64,000 bases of DNA, taken from the NCBI GenBank assembly GCA_002633005.1, contig NMRA01000691.1:1-64000 (forward strand), given 5' to 3'. Below the pieces are notes generated by a model. It saw only the letters and a list, made by a program, of their open reading frames with translations, was not told the DNA's origin and did no database searches. Shown one piece after another: positions 1 through 11,124 of this stretch. The position numbers and the translations under genes were made by a program. Numbering within the stretch: the first letter of the stretch is position 1; every line of letters starts with the position of its first letter. This DNA is from Phoronis australis (taxonomy: Eukaryota > Animalia > Phoronida).

Positions 1-164
1 TTGCAGGGGGGGGGGGGCTTTACGGAACTAATAAAGTTTTTGCTTTTAAAAGTAAAAAAGAAAAATACTGTGCCCTATTTAGGAATATGTGGATGCCAGT
101 AACCAACCTTTATACTTTCAAACTTCATATTAAAATGCTGAAACATGTTGTTTAGGCCTGTTTT

Positions 165-600
165 AAATCATATAGCACGCGAATGTTTTCGTTCACATTT
201 CTTCCAGAAACAAAACCTGTCTTGTCCTTAGCGATTAGTTTTCCCAAAATGGTTTTTAACCGTTTAGCCAGAGCCGAAGAAGTCAATTTATATGTCACAC
301 TGAGTAAGGATATGGGTCTCCAGATTTTCAAACATAGTTTATTTTTATCTGCTCCCTTAGGGATGCAGGTAATCCCTCCTTCATTCTGTGTTGATAAAAA
401 CTGACCAACAGCAAAACCAGTGTTAAATGAACGAACAATGAAATATCCAATGTCAGTCCAAACAAATTTCAGAAATTCTTCTGAAAAACCATCGGATCCT
501 GGGTTCTTTTTGTTTCTTCACTTTTTCAAGAATTGTCTGACTTCTTCATATGTAAGAAGACCTTCTAATTTTTCTTTTTCTGTCTCATTCGGTTTGGAGA
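165..600 (-). mobile_element. L1/Tx1-clade LINE ORF2 reverse transcriptase fragment (decayed)
   Basis: Manual minus-strand translation: KK*RNKKNPGSDGFSEEFLKFVW...ITCIPKG...WRPISLLSVTYKL...LAKRLKTILGKLI..DKTGFVSGRNVNENIR. This matches the PGxDG, WRPISLL and GFxxGR motifs at the start of LINE RT, with an in-frame stop. Confidence 0.88.
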
Positions 601-1931
601 CACACACCTTATCAAGAATTGATTCTAAAGCAGTACTTTTAGAATCTCTATATTTTTTAGAGATTTTCATAAAAAGTTTTGGTTTCCTGAATAACCTTTT
701 TCTTCACTATTGGTTTTAGTAGGTCTGCAAATTTTTCTGCAGGCATTTATCCAGACTCACAGCACATTCCGGCAATCGGTAAAAGGCACCGCAAAACAAG
801 CTTTATACGAGAAATCTCAAATATGAAATCCAGAAACAAATAGCAATTCTAGCGCCAACTCTGTTTAGTCAAAGACTTGCCGCAATGGCAATTTGTCGAA
901 GTTGTCATTAAGAATTTAATGCGTCTAGACGCCAGTTGTGTAAAAGGATTTGAAAGGCAGGGTACATCTATCGCAAATTCGACAACGTTCCTACAACCCC
1001 AACTATCGAGATTTGTGAAGTTTGCCAGAATTGAAATATGTTCTTGTCGAAAGCAATTGTATATTTAGTTGCAATTTTGTGCGCCATAACCAAGTCAAAT
1101 GTGGACGATCCTAAATTATTTTTGAAAACTGCTGTAGGTATACTAGATTTTCGTCAGTGGCTTCATACATTGTGAATCCGTTAAACAATTTTTGAGTCCA
1201 CATCTTCTTCCCGTTGGAAACTCCCATAGCGAGAAAAATGCAAAAAAGAAACAACAGTAAAACAATAAAAAGACATTGTAGTATACAACGGGAGAATAAA
1301 AGTTCAATTATCAATTCACAGATATTCAATTACTGTCATTCTGAACACTATAGAAGCGTCAAGCGTGTGCATAGGAGTTCCTGACACTCACAACGTCTAC
1401 TGGGAAGTACAATCCGTAAAGCTCTAGCACTGGAACGCAAAATTCGATCTGCTGAGGTTGTGCCACGCATGCGTGGAATTTGTTTGATTTTTTTTGCTCG
1501 GGTGTTGAATCTACCCTCTGAAAGAACCACCTATACTGAAAAGTTTCCCTGTAGAAACATGATGAACGACAAACGGTATTCCGTGTGTGGGCATCAATGC
1601 TCATGCTTGGCTGGAAGTTTACCGATCGCATCGCCTCCACTTGCACACGCCTTCTATGCACTACACTTGTTTGGGCTTAAGTCACTGGATCGGGATTTCC
1701 TTGATTTTGTTTACCTCGATCATTGCCCAACAGCAAACAGAAAGGGTTTCCCAGATTTCAACCAATGGGAATGACTGAATGTTGTGACGTCGGTTTCATT
1801 AATTTAGCCAATGAGAAGTTATGTTAAGCAACATTCCACATTGCTACATTTCGTAGCACTGTGAAAGAGTGTGGTGTTGATTCTTGCCGTTACTCAAAAT
1901 CTTCCCCGTTTTTCAACCACACTGCAAAAGA

Positions 1932-2099
1932 TCCGTATCATAAGAGCCGTATCATACGAGCCGTATCATACTAACCGTATCATACCAGCCGTATTATGTG
2001 AGACGTATCGTGCGAGCCGTATCATACGAGCCGTATCATACGAGCCGTATCATACGAGCCGTATCATACGAGCTGTATCATAAGAGCCGCATCATAAGA
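1932..2099. repeat. Minisatellite, 14-bp unit GCCGTATCATACGA, about 12 copies
   Basis: Directly visible tandem units with point variants and no spacers. Confidence 0.95.
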
Positions 2100-5000
2100 A
2101 AGTCCGTTATTACTGTACAGGTATTTTTTTAGTGTATGATGATATCAGAAACAAAATAAATGAATTTATTTTCCCATACCTGACAAGCTTAAAACTGTTT
2201 TTAATTCTAAAGACAAGAGCACAAAATGCAAAAAAGTTAGATGGTTTAATAGTTACAGGAAAAAGAAATGAACCACACAAGTTATATAAATGAGTTAAAC
2301 CAGCTGTAAATAATTTAGTTATTAGAATATACATGTAGATCTCTCACAGTTCTTGCGAAGAGTTTGGTCAGGCATTCTTCTCAATCTTCATAATGTTAAT
2401 TGGACCTTTGGTGCCGTTTAGTTAATACAATTGCATTTTTTAGAAAAAAATAACCCGGATGCAGTGACATTTACAAAAAGTAGCAAACTAATTACTTCAA
2501 TTAGATATCCGAAGTTTTTTGAAAAAAGCTTCCACGTAGATAGAAAATGGGCAAACTTGTATTGTTTAGCGTTGCCTTGTACTGTGTACATATGTAGCTC
2601 ACAACACTGGTGGCTGTGCGATGTAGACATTTCTTCAGCAGTGCTCGATTTGACGACCTGCAAGTTTTCAATGCAACCTCGCCACGGCGAGAACTAAAGT
2701 AGGACAATAATTTCCCCGAAATTCGTTTACTTTGTGTGGACTTACAAACTTTGAATTACCAACAGTTCTCCAAGATTTAATACTTTTGATTCACGATTGT
2801 TGCTTTTACTTCGTGAAACCAGAGCATTTGGCACGACAGGGGTCAGAACGAATCAAACATGCGCTTGTACTATAACAGGAATGAATGCTAGAATTGTTCG
2901 GCAAAAATCGGGCAAGATTGGTGAAACATGAGCCTACAGTGTATGCGATTGTTTGCGTCCTAACTTCGGTGCCATGAATTGAGTCTGAGATGTAATGGTA
3001 CATGTGTTTTGCTGGCAGAAATTGAAGACGCATGCAAAAGTTCCCGGGAACAGAAATTGGCCGGCACGACCTTTTTTAGTCGACGATTTTGACGTCAATT
3101 TTTCCTATGACGACCTAGGATTTAAGTCGGTTCGCCAACTACGTCGAATGCTGTTCAGAAAGTAAAAAAAAAATCAGTGATCTTGATACTTGTGGTGTAT
3201 GTTACTGTAAATAAGATACACGATAGCACATTTGTACTTTCGCTGTCACTAAAAATGTGGACTCCGAAATTTAGCAATATTCGTAACAAAGAGTCAATGT
3301 TATTTTAATACCTGTTGCTTAGTTGTCACGGTAAGCGTTCTATAGTTATTGCGGGTTAGTTTCGTTGCGAAATTACATGTAATTGTGTCTCCTGGAATTC
3401 ACCGATTCAAGGAAAACTGCGCCCTTTTCAATTTCGAAAGGGGCGGCGTTAACGTCAAGTCTAGAAGTCTGGCAGAATTCGGAGTATAACCAGTTTACAT
3501 TAAAAAAAATATTGCATCTAACAATAAGTACCTCCTCACAATAAAAGCCTTGGTAAAGGTGGACATTCTATAAAGTGTTTGCAACTATGTCATCATTTCC
3601 CGGAAGTGCGCCATGTTGGCGGACAAGCAATGGCAGTGGTCAGTGGTAGCATTAAAAGTTATCCCGAGTTGTTAGCTGCTGGAAATCGGATTACATAACA
3701 ATATTGACATTTATCGGAGGCATAAATCCCTATAATATTTCGACATCGGAACTGGGAAAATTGAGACTGGGAAGATGGAGACGGGGAAAAAGAGACGGGG
3801 GAACATACTGTTTTTAGGGGATTTTGCCATGCTTGCTAAGTTTAAACACGTTAAACGAGCGTGACAAGTTAGTTCGTGAAATAAAACTCACATTCATAGA
3901 TCCAGAAACACCCAGTATCCTAATTCCAAAAAAAAATACGTACTTCAACTGCGTTGTCATACTCCACGGGACGTTTGCTTTCGACCTTGAGTTCAACATT
4001 CACGTCACGTAATTGGACGGCACCGCTATGCTGCATTTCAGTAATAGAATAGGACTAATGCAGGGGTGTGCATGTTGTTTAAATATGAGCATAATGTCAA
4101 CAATTCTGGAATCTGGACGAAAGAATTTAATTTTTTGCCAAGACAGTGACATTTGAAATATCTAACATCGAAAAATTCTACACACCTGTCGTCCGATATT
4201 GAGACCCGAACTCCCATGCAAGTAATGCACCGATACAAATGTAACCAAAGGCTTGCAGGCGCAACAGATGTTTAACCATGTCTGTGGAAAAATAGGGACA
4301 CTCAACTGTCTTTTTTACAATACCTCAGGACGTTGAGATTCGGAAGCGTTGGGTCGTTGCCATATGCCGCGACGATGGAAAACATGTCCGTGTAAAATTT
4401 ATAATTTTTTTCGGAAAGTTAGATCATATTTTGTCGCATCTCGGTTGCCGAGGCGTNGAGGTAGATTTCCCCCCCTCACTCGGCCAAAAAATTCCCCACT
4501 CAGAAGGCACAGGTATTTTCCCCTCGGATAAATGAGGCCCCTGAAGAAACATGATAACTGTGCTTGCTCTGTTCAGTTAACTTAATTTGAGCTCTAAAAC
4601 CAGATGGCTTATTTTTTCAGGTCATGCTTTGGACGAACGAATCAGGTGTTCTAATTTTAAAATTCAACTTGGTCTAGATTGATATTTGAAACCTAACACA
4701 TGGAACAGGTGTAAGAATTATTAAAACTAAGAAAGCAGAATTAATGGTCAAATAATTTTTAGTTTCATCTACGAGCCTGAGTTTTTTATTTTAATATAAA
4801 TATATTTAATAAAATCAACCATTCTTGCAGATCAATATCAATTCAACTGTTATCCCCGGTAGTCCCTACCTCACTCCCATGACCTAGGCTATGCTTTATG
4901 TTAACATTCTTAATCAACAAATTAAACCACATGTGATTTGCACATGACAGCAAAATGCAATGAGCCACCACTGTCAAATATGTCTTCAACTCGTCAAAAA

Positions 5001-5472
5001 TACGAGCAGATGACATGGTTCGTGTAGAAAGCATTTTTGTTAACAATTTACGAGAAGAAACGTAACCCAGCATTCAGCATATACCTATTCCGTAACACGA
5101 TCTTGCGCAATTTTTTTCATATATACTTTTCATGTTTCTAACCTAGTTTTCCGAAAAAAACTCTCGTGGTTTGACTTGTTCTCTAATGTATTTTTTACGT
5201 CTCTGTAGTTGATTGTCGACATATTTTTAAGATTTAATGTCCTGGTTTGACTCGAAAAAACAGCCATTTAACTCACGCAATGCCAACTTCCGTTTTGTTT
5301 ATCGGAGTGAGCCTCGCTTTAGATTTTAATGTCTGACGCGTGAATTAGATACATAAGTAACACCTGCGTGATAATACTCTGGTGAAAATTTTTGAAAACA
5401 AAATTGTAGATAAATATATGTCTCATTAAATTTCTATGTAAATCATTGGTGAGAATAATTATACAGTTTTAA

Positions 5473-6741
5473 AGGAGTACGCCACCCGATTTTATTAGTA
5501 TTTGTTACCCTCTTAATCGGTCGATATCCACATCACCTCGTATACAGTCGATCTCACCTCGCCGAAAGATGTCGCGTTAACCTGTGAGGAAGGCGAGTAT
5601 ACGACGCAGGTACATACGTCAGTAGTTCTTCAGCGAAGTGTGTGCCGCTGTATTGTTCCCGTTTGTGTGAACCATGAGGCTCTGAGCAAAGCGGCTATAT
5701 CGTTTTTTTTTTCGGTATCCTCGAGAACCTGAAATGCTTCTGAAGTGGTTCCCGGCGGTAAAGAACGAAAAGTACGCGGTTAATATCAATTATGAGAACG
5801 TGGAATAACTGGGTGTCTGTGGCTGGCATTGTTCTGTTTTAAAAGGATTTTTTCACCCTAACCAACGTTTATACAAACTTGGAACAAAGTGTCAGTCAGT
5901 CTCAGTAGATACACTTATTAAAATGCCTTAGGATTGTTCATGAGTGAACATCAATAATGAGAAAATCGTTCTGCGTTACCAGCATTATTTAGATGTATAC
6001 TGGTATACATTATTAAAATCGTTGTTGTACACCTTTTCCCTGTACGGTTCTGTGGAAGGCAATTTGGCTCCGCGGCTCCCGACGAGTAAGTAGATTTGCA
6101 ACGTCGCGGAGAAATCCTCGAAATATTCACGTGCACATTATTTCTTTTGTTCACTAGTCTAAGTAGTCTTTTCGTGATTGAATGTTTAGATTTCAACTTT
6201 CGCAGCCTACTAACCTGGCTGGTTTCTGTTCGTAATGCCTCCAGTCCGGCCGCGACGGGCCCAATCGGATTGCGAGCCATTGGGTTATAACGAGTGTTTT
6301 GTGTTTAGAACAGAAAAAATCACAAGTCTAAAATTACAACACACGGCTATGATCTCCTGTGTGTATTTCACGGAAGAATAATTCTAATTTGTCACCAAAC
6401 AGACTTCCAGCGACCGACCTCGGTAAGTTGGCCAACCGAAATTTGTGGCCACGGTACGTTCAAAATTTCTATGAATCCGAAACAGCGAAATAAAATGACT
6501 CATTTGTTTAAAAACTCAATGTATTTTTACGGAATTGACATCGAATTTTGATGGTTTATTGGTGTAAAACGATGAATTCAAGCGATAAGCTGACGCCAGT
6601 AAGCGTTTGGTGACGTCTTTGTTAATTCCCACTCCCCCGTCTGCCGTCCGGTGTCGGGTAAAAGAACTGAACTTGCTCTTATTAAGTGGAACTACTCGAA
6701 ATAAATCTATGCAAAAAAGTTGTTTTTGGTAGCATTCTCCT
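5473..6741 (+). mobile_element. Kolobok-type DNA transposon remnant (~1.27 kb) with a decayed THAP domain
   Basis: TTAA at 5469-5472 and 6742-6745. Imperfect TIR AGGAGTACGCCACC versus reverse-complemented end AGGAGAATGCTACC. At ~5638-5835 a frameshifted THAP-like reading: CRCIVPVC..SFFRYPREPEMLLKWFPAVK..VCGWH. Confidence 0.75.
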
Positions 6742-6939
6742 TTAAACTCGTAACTTATACCGCTGTCGTACAAGCTAGCCGACTCAATCCAAACAGACCA
6801 AAATTTCGATGAAAAAGTTGCAGTGACAGTTCTGCTTAAGCCGATTGTGTTCCTTTTTATTTTTGTTATGGGAGATGCATTATCCTTCCGCTTGTATTGA
6901 AAATTTTCTTCAAAACAAAAAAAAATTGTTTCGACTGCA

Positions 6940-7068
6940 CTACTTAGCGACAATCCTTCGGTCTTTTAATTGCTCTGCATAGTCAATGATTTTTGGAAAA
7001 CGATAGAACCACGTAACATCTCTATCACCTCTGCTCGAGCAGCCAACCATTGCACAAATATCCACCAT
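6940..7068 (-). pseudogene. THAP zinc-finger N-terminal remnant, probably from a DNA transposon
   Basis: MVDICAMVGCSSRGDRDVTWFYRFPKII..EQLKDRR fits the THAP CxxxC...FxxP pattern and is truncated by a stop. Confidence 0.7.
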
Positions 7069-7289
7069 GATACTGCATAAGTTCTTCAGACAATTCAGAT
7101 AAGAAATGTGTTTTTGCCTCACGATACCACAACCATACTGTATTGTTTGTCCCGCAACATGGTAGATGACAGAATTGATGACGTCATGTGAAAACACTGA
7201 GTGCCTGTATCAACAGACTAGGGGGTTGCAAGTTTTTTTGTTCTAATTTATGCAAGAAGTAGATAGACAAGTCGTTGACAGTCCCTTGG

Positions 7290-7530
7290 TGATGTCAACT
7301 GGTTAGAGTTCATCTATCATAGAACTACGAGACGGAGTGTGTATCAGGTTGTTCTAGATTTGATACCGGGTAGATGAGCTATTGGTTATTAGATGGCAAC
7401 CAACTAACTCACTGTCATTCTATCTGATTGTTTTACACTGCTCCACCTGGTAGCAAAATGGAGAATCGACCAAATGGAGTTGGTTGGTTGCCATCCAACA
7501 ACCAATAGCTTTCCCACCTGGTGGTGAAAC
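7290..7530. repeat. Dispersed/inverted repeat family (GAGTTAGTTGGTTGCCATCCAACAACCAATAGCT...CCACCTGGTGG)
   Basis: Inverted pair at ~7377-7410 and ~7477-7510. Further copies at ~8199-8315 and ~63580-63985. Confidence 0.7.
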
Positions 7531-8072
7531 CAAATCATCAGTCAGTGAGTCAGAAAGGCACACTACAGTTATTATAGGGTTTTGGCTGCCGACACACACC
7601 GAAGTGGATACGTCCTTTCTGAGAGTATGAAAAAAAGAAAGGTTTTTGTTGTTCCCAACTTAAAAGCAATACTCCATGATAACTGCCGAAACTTAATTAT
7701 GGTACAGATTTTTGATCGGCTAATTCACATCGGGAAAAATGCTGGCACTCAAAAATAGAACCACAAACGCCAAAATTGACAGTATTCTCCCCAAAGTGCT
7801 ACAAAAAATCTGACTACAAATTCAGAATGCTCTTTCTCTCTACTAGATTCTATTTTTGGCAATTTTTATCTGTTTGACAGGCACCTGAAATAGCACCCGG
7901 TTTCTCAGAAAGCAAACGGCAGCCAGCATTTTGCGTCTAAACTAGGTCAGGGCTAAAAAACTTGTCTGTTTGTCATTCAAAAACACAAGTAAACGAGTTT
8001 CGTGGCAATTACTTTCAACACATTCCTCAAACCACCCGCCAAACCGGACACACCCTGTATTTAAGTTCTAGG

Positions 8073-8162
8073 CACTAGAAAATGCCCCGCCACTAGAAAA
8101 TGCCTCGTCACTAGAAAAGGCCCCGTCACTAGAAAAGGCCTCGTCACTAGAAAAGGCCCCGT
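8073..8162. repeat. Minisatellite, 18-bp unit CACTAGAAAAKGCCYCGY, 5 copies
   Basis: Directly visible tandem copies. Confidence 0.95.
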
Positions 8163-8198
8163 GGCTACAGCCTAAGTGTTTAGTACTACCGTCATATT

Positions 8199-8315
8199 GG
8201 AGTTAGTTGGTTGCCATCCAACAATCAATAGCTACCCGATGCGGTGGTGAAATGGTAAACGAAGAGACATAGTAAGTTGGAGTTAGTTGATCGTTATCGA
8301 ACAACCAATAGTTGC
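8199..8315. repeat. Two further units of the GAGTTAGTTGGTTGCCATCC repeat family
   Basis: ggagttagttggttgccatccaacaatcaatagct and ggagttagttgatcgttatcgaacaaccaatagtt. Confidence 0.65.
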
Positions 8316-9347
8316 GTCACATTTTAGTTATGAGCAACAGCTCATTGAGCTATACCTGGTATACACGTAGCTCATTGAGCAATATGATGAATGCAAAGGG
8401 GATTGGCACTGAGATGAAACTTTCAAAAGGGATTGTATACTTTTGAACTTTTGATACCTACCACCAATTTGTAGGTTGCTGTTACGTAACTCGTCAAGCC
8501 AAGCCCAGTTTTATTCCTTTACATTCATTTTGCGACGTTTGTTCATCAAGCAAGAATGTGGGGCTGTACAGTTCCATACAATCGGCGATTTCTCGGCAAA
8601 ATCAGTCGACAAAACCGATAATAGGCACCGACTTGTGCATGATCATGGCTGAGTACCTGGAATAGTCTGACTTCCGATATCTTTTTCGTCCAGTCTTAGA
8701 ACCAGTAGGTACCTTTGTATTGTTTAATGTTCATAATCTTTCAGCTTGGTATTATTGTCTTGCAAGTTAATGTTTTGGTAGTATACGTTAACTTTGTGTT
8801 AAATTTCTTAGTTAGATTTGCAATATTTTATTTCTTATGAGGAACGTTGAGGGGAATAGATTTGTTATACTGAATGTAAGACAGTTTTATCCGTCACTAA
8901 ATGTTTACCTGACTACCACTATCGCTAGTGTAGGCATTGACATGTGATTCTCTGCGATTTTGTTGTCAGCCCGTGACGCTGGCTTAGCGTACCGGTGCAT
9001 AACGGTTATTTTACCCACCCAGTTAGCCTCCAAAAGCAATAACACTTGTAATTTCCGAAACAGAGGGTGTAAAAACACAATGTAACATAAAATAAATTCC
9101 AGTCAATATGGCTAAAACCTTGAACTATGTATATGACGATAACAGATCTTTAGGCAGCGAGGTAAAGAGTACGATAATCTCAACTAAAGTAACGGGAAAC
9201 AGCAGTAAGTATTTTCGATTGCCTGCAGTTTACTTCTTTCATAACAATTTGTCCATGGCGTGTTTTCAAAACTACGTAAAATAAAAGGGCGTAGTAAATG
9301 AAAACGAGAACTCTAAACAGTTTGCAGAAATCTCGATCAACAATGAC

Positions 9348-9370
9348 GTTTTCTTGTTTCAGCTGCCATG
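9348..9370 (+). promoter_or_regulatory. 3' splice acceptor immediately upstream of the FUT copy 1 start codon
   Basis: gttttcttgtttcAG|ctgccATGg: polypyrimidine tract, CAG and a Kozak-like context. The same arrangement occurs before copy 2. Confidence 0.75.
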
Positions 9371-10570
9371 GACCTCCGAAGTAAATTTTTCCTCGTTTTA
9401 ATTTTGGGTGTGCTCTTAGTGCTTGTCTTGTACTGCTATGCTCCTCCCCAGCTGAACGTATTGAACGTCATGGTAAACGGCGACGCGACCGGCAATACCG
9501 TTGATGGAATCTTATCAAATAGCCAAGGAGTAGAATCGAACAGGTTAACGAATGAGGTTACATTGCCTAAGATTGTGAAACCTGCTGAATTTATCGTTAT
9601 GGACTGGAACCCATTGTATCTGAGCTTAGAAAACGGTCTTCCCGAAAATTACAAAACTGGGAATTGCCTAGTCACCAGGGACAAGAGGTATTTGAATAAG
9701 AGCCACGCAGTTGTGATTGAGGTAAGACGTGTACCCTATCTTAACACTTTACCGAAAGAGCGGGCACCATGGCAACGATGGTTGTACTTCAACGTTGAAA
9801 GTCCTTATTTTGCAATCTTAGATTATAAGGGCAGGTACAAAATGGAAGATTTCACCGGAAAAATCGCCTTTAATTGGTCCATGACATATCGAAGAGATTC
9901 GCATGCACCAGTGTCATACGGCTGGAGAATTAAAAGAGATAAGCCCATCAATATAACAAATGTTTTTAAGGACAAACAAAAACTAGTCGCGGCTATGATG
10001 AGCAACTGTGACTACGTGCGAAATAGCAGGATAAAGTACATAAAAGAACTTCAAAAGCACACGACCGTCGACTTTTATGGTAAATGCGGTAATCTCAAGT
10101 GTGAGGGGCACTACAAAGCACACAGCTGTCAAAAGATTAAAAATTACAAGTTTTTCTTAACGTTCGAGAATTCAAACTGCCGAGACTACATTAGCGAAAA
10201 AATGTGGATGCAAGCGTTTGACAGTTATGCAGTGCCAGTAGTAATGGGAGCCTACAAAGAGGACTATGTTAAGGTAGCTCCTCCGAATTCTTTCATTCAT
10301 GTTGATGACTTTGACTCTCCCAAGTCTCTCGCTCAGTATTTAACTGTAGTTGGGAAAAACGAGACCGCATACAACGCATTCCATGCATGGCGTAAAGAGT
10401 GGACGTATCAATACGATTTTAGGATGTTGAGTAAAAAAGGATACGTGTGGAGAAGTGTGTGCGACGCTCTTAATAAAAGGTGGAATGAAAAACCCTCGTG
10501 GTATAACAGGATTACGGATTTTGAAAGTGAAAAGGACTGTTATCAAAATGCATGGATAAAGAAGAACTAA
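9368..10570 (+). CDS. Alpha-1,3-fucosyltransferase, glycosyltransferase family 10 (copy 1), type II Golgi membrane protein, 400 aa
   Basis: Intact ORF with an N-terminal TM (FFLVLILGVLLVLVLYCYA), a stem, and GT10 motifs QRWLYFNVESP, FNWSMTYRRDS, YKFFLTFENSNCRDYISEKMW, VPVVMG and PPNSFIHVDDF. Confidence 0.96.
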   Translation: MDLRSKFFLVLILGVLLVLVLYCYAPPQLNVLNVMVNGDATGNTVDGILSNSQGVESNRLTNEVTLPKIVKPAEFIVMDWNPLYLSLENGLPENYKTGNCLVTRDKRYLNKSHAVVIEVRRVPYLNTLPKERAPWQRWLYFNVESPYFAILDYKGRYKMEDFTGKIAFNWSMTYRRDSHAPVSYGWRIKRDKPINITNVFKDKQKLVAAMMSNCDYVRNSRIKYIKELQKHTTVDFYGKCGNLKCEGHYKAHSCQKIKNYKFFLTFENSNCRDYISEKMWMQAFDSYAVPVVMGAYKEDYVKVAPPNSFIHVDDFDSPKSLAQYLTVVGKNETAYNAFHAWRKEWTYQYDFRMLSKKGYVWRSVCDALNKRWNEKPSWYNRITDFESEKDCYQNAWIKKN

Positions 10571-10916
10571 TACTTCCATAACTTACACCCCTTAAACACA
10601 TACAAACTATAAGACAATAGGTGTTTAGAGAGGTCCAATATGCGTCCTTTTTAAGGAGGACAGCACTTCAAGTTAATTGCTACACTTCTGTTATGAACTA
10701 TCACGCGCCAGAATAGATTTGAGCCAATCCTATACTTGCTGAGGATTAACCTAACGTATATGTCGATATTCTTTGTGTAGATGTTGACAATGAGATCCAA
10801 GGTAGCTAAACTACACTGTTAACGGACTCATAAACACGGTCACGGACACGCGATTACGACTCACGTACAAACACCGTCCACTGAATCACAAGTTCACGGG
10901 AACGCAGTCACAAAAC

Positions 10917-11124
10917 ACGATCAGTTCACCCAAATACACAGGACACGGACTCACGTTCACGAAGAAACACGGTTAACGGACCACCAAACACGGTTTACGG
11001 ACAAAATGTAGATGTCAGCTGACCCAGGAAGCCGATGAGTCTGTGACCTGTGTTTGGCGGTCCGTTAACCGTGTTTCCTCGTGAATATGAGTCCGTGTCC
11101 CGTGTACTTGGGTGAATGGATCGT
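10917..11124. repeat. Inverted repeat (~86-bp arms, ~36-bp spacer) within a CACGGAC-rich MITE-like segment starting near 10810
   Basis: Arm 10917-11002 is the reverse complement of 11039-11124 with few mismatches. Confidence 0.85.

Noticed and set aside
1932-2099. CRISPR-like array or repetitive ORF 1871-2083
   Set aside because: Head-to-tail 14-bp units with no unique spacers, no cas genes and a eukaryotic context; the ORF is a by-product of the repeat.
2418-2707. Overlapping short ORFs with a vague transposase-like look
   Set aside because: No motif could be assigned with confidence.
9823-10579. Minus-strand ORFs overlapping the FUT genes (also 61295-61534 and 61812-62255)
   Set aside because: Antisense shadows of the real CDS; they recur only because the CDS is duplicated.
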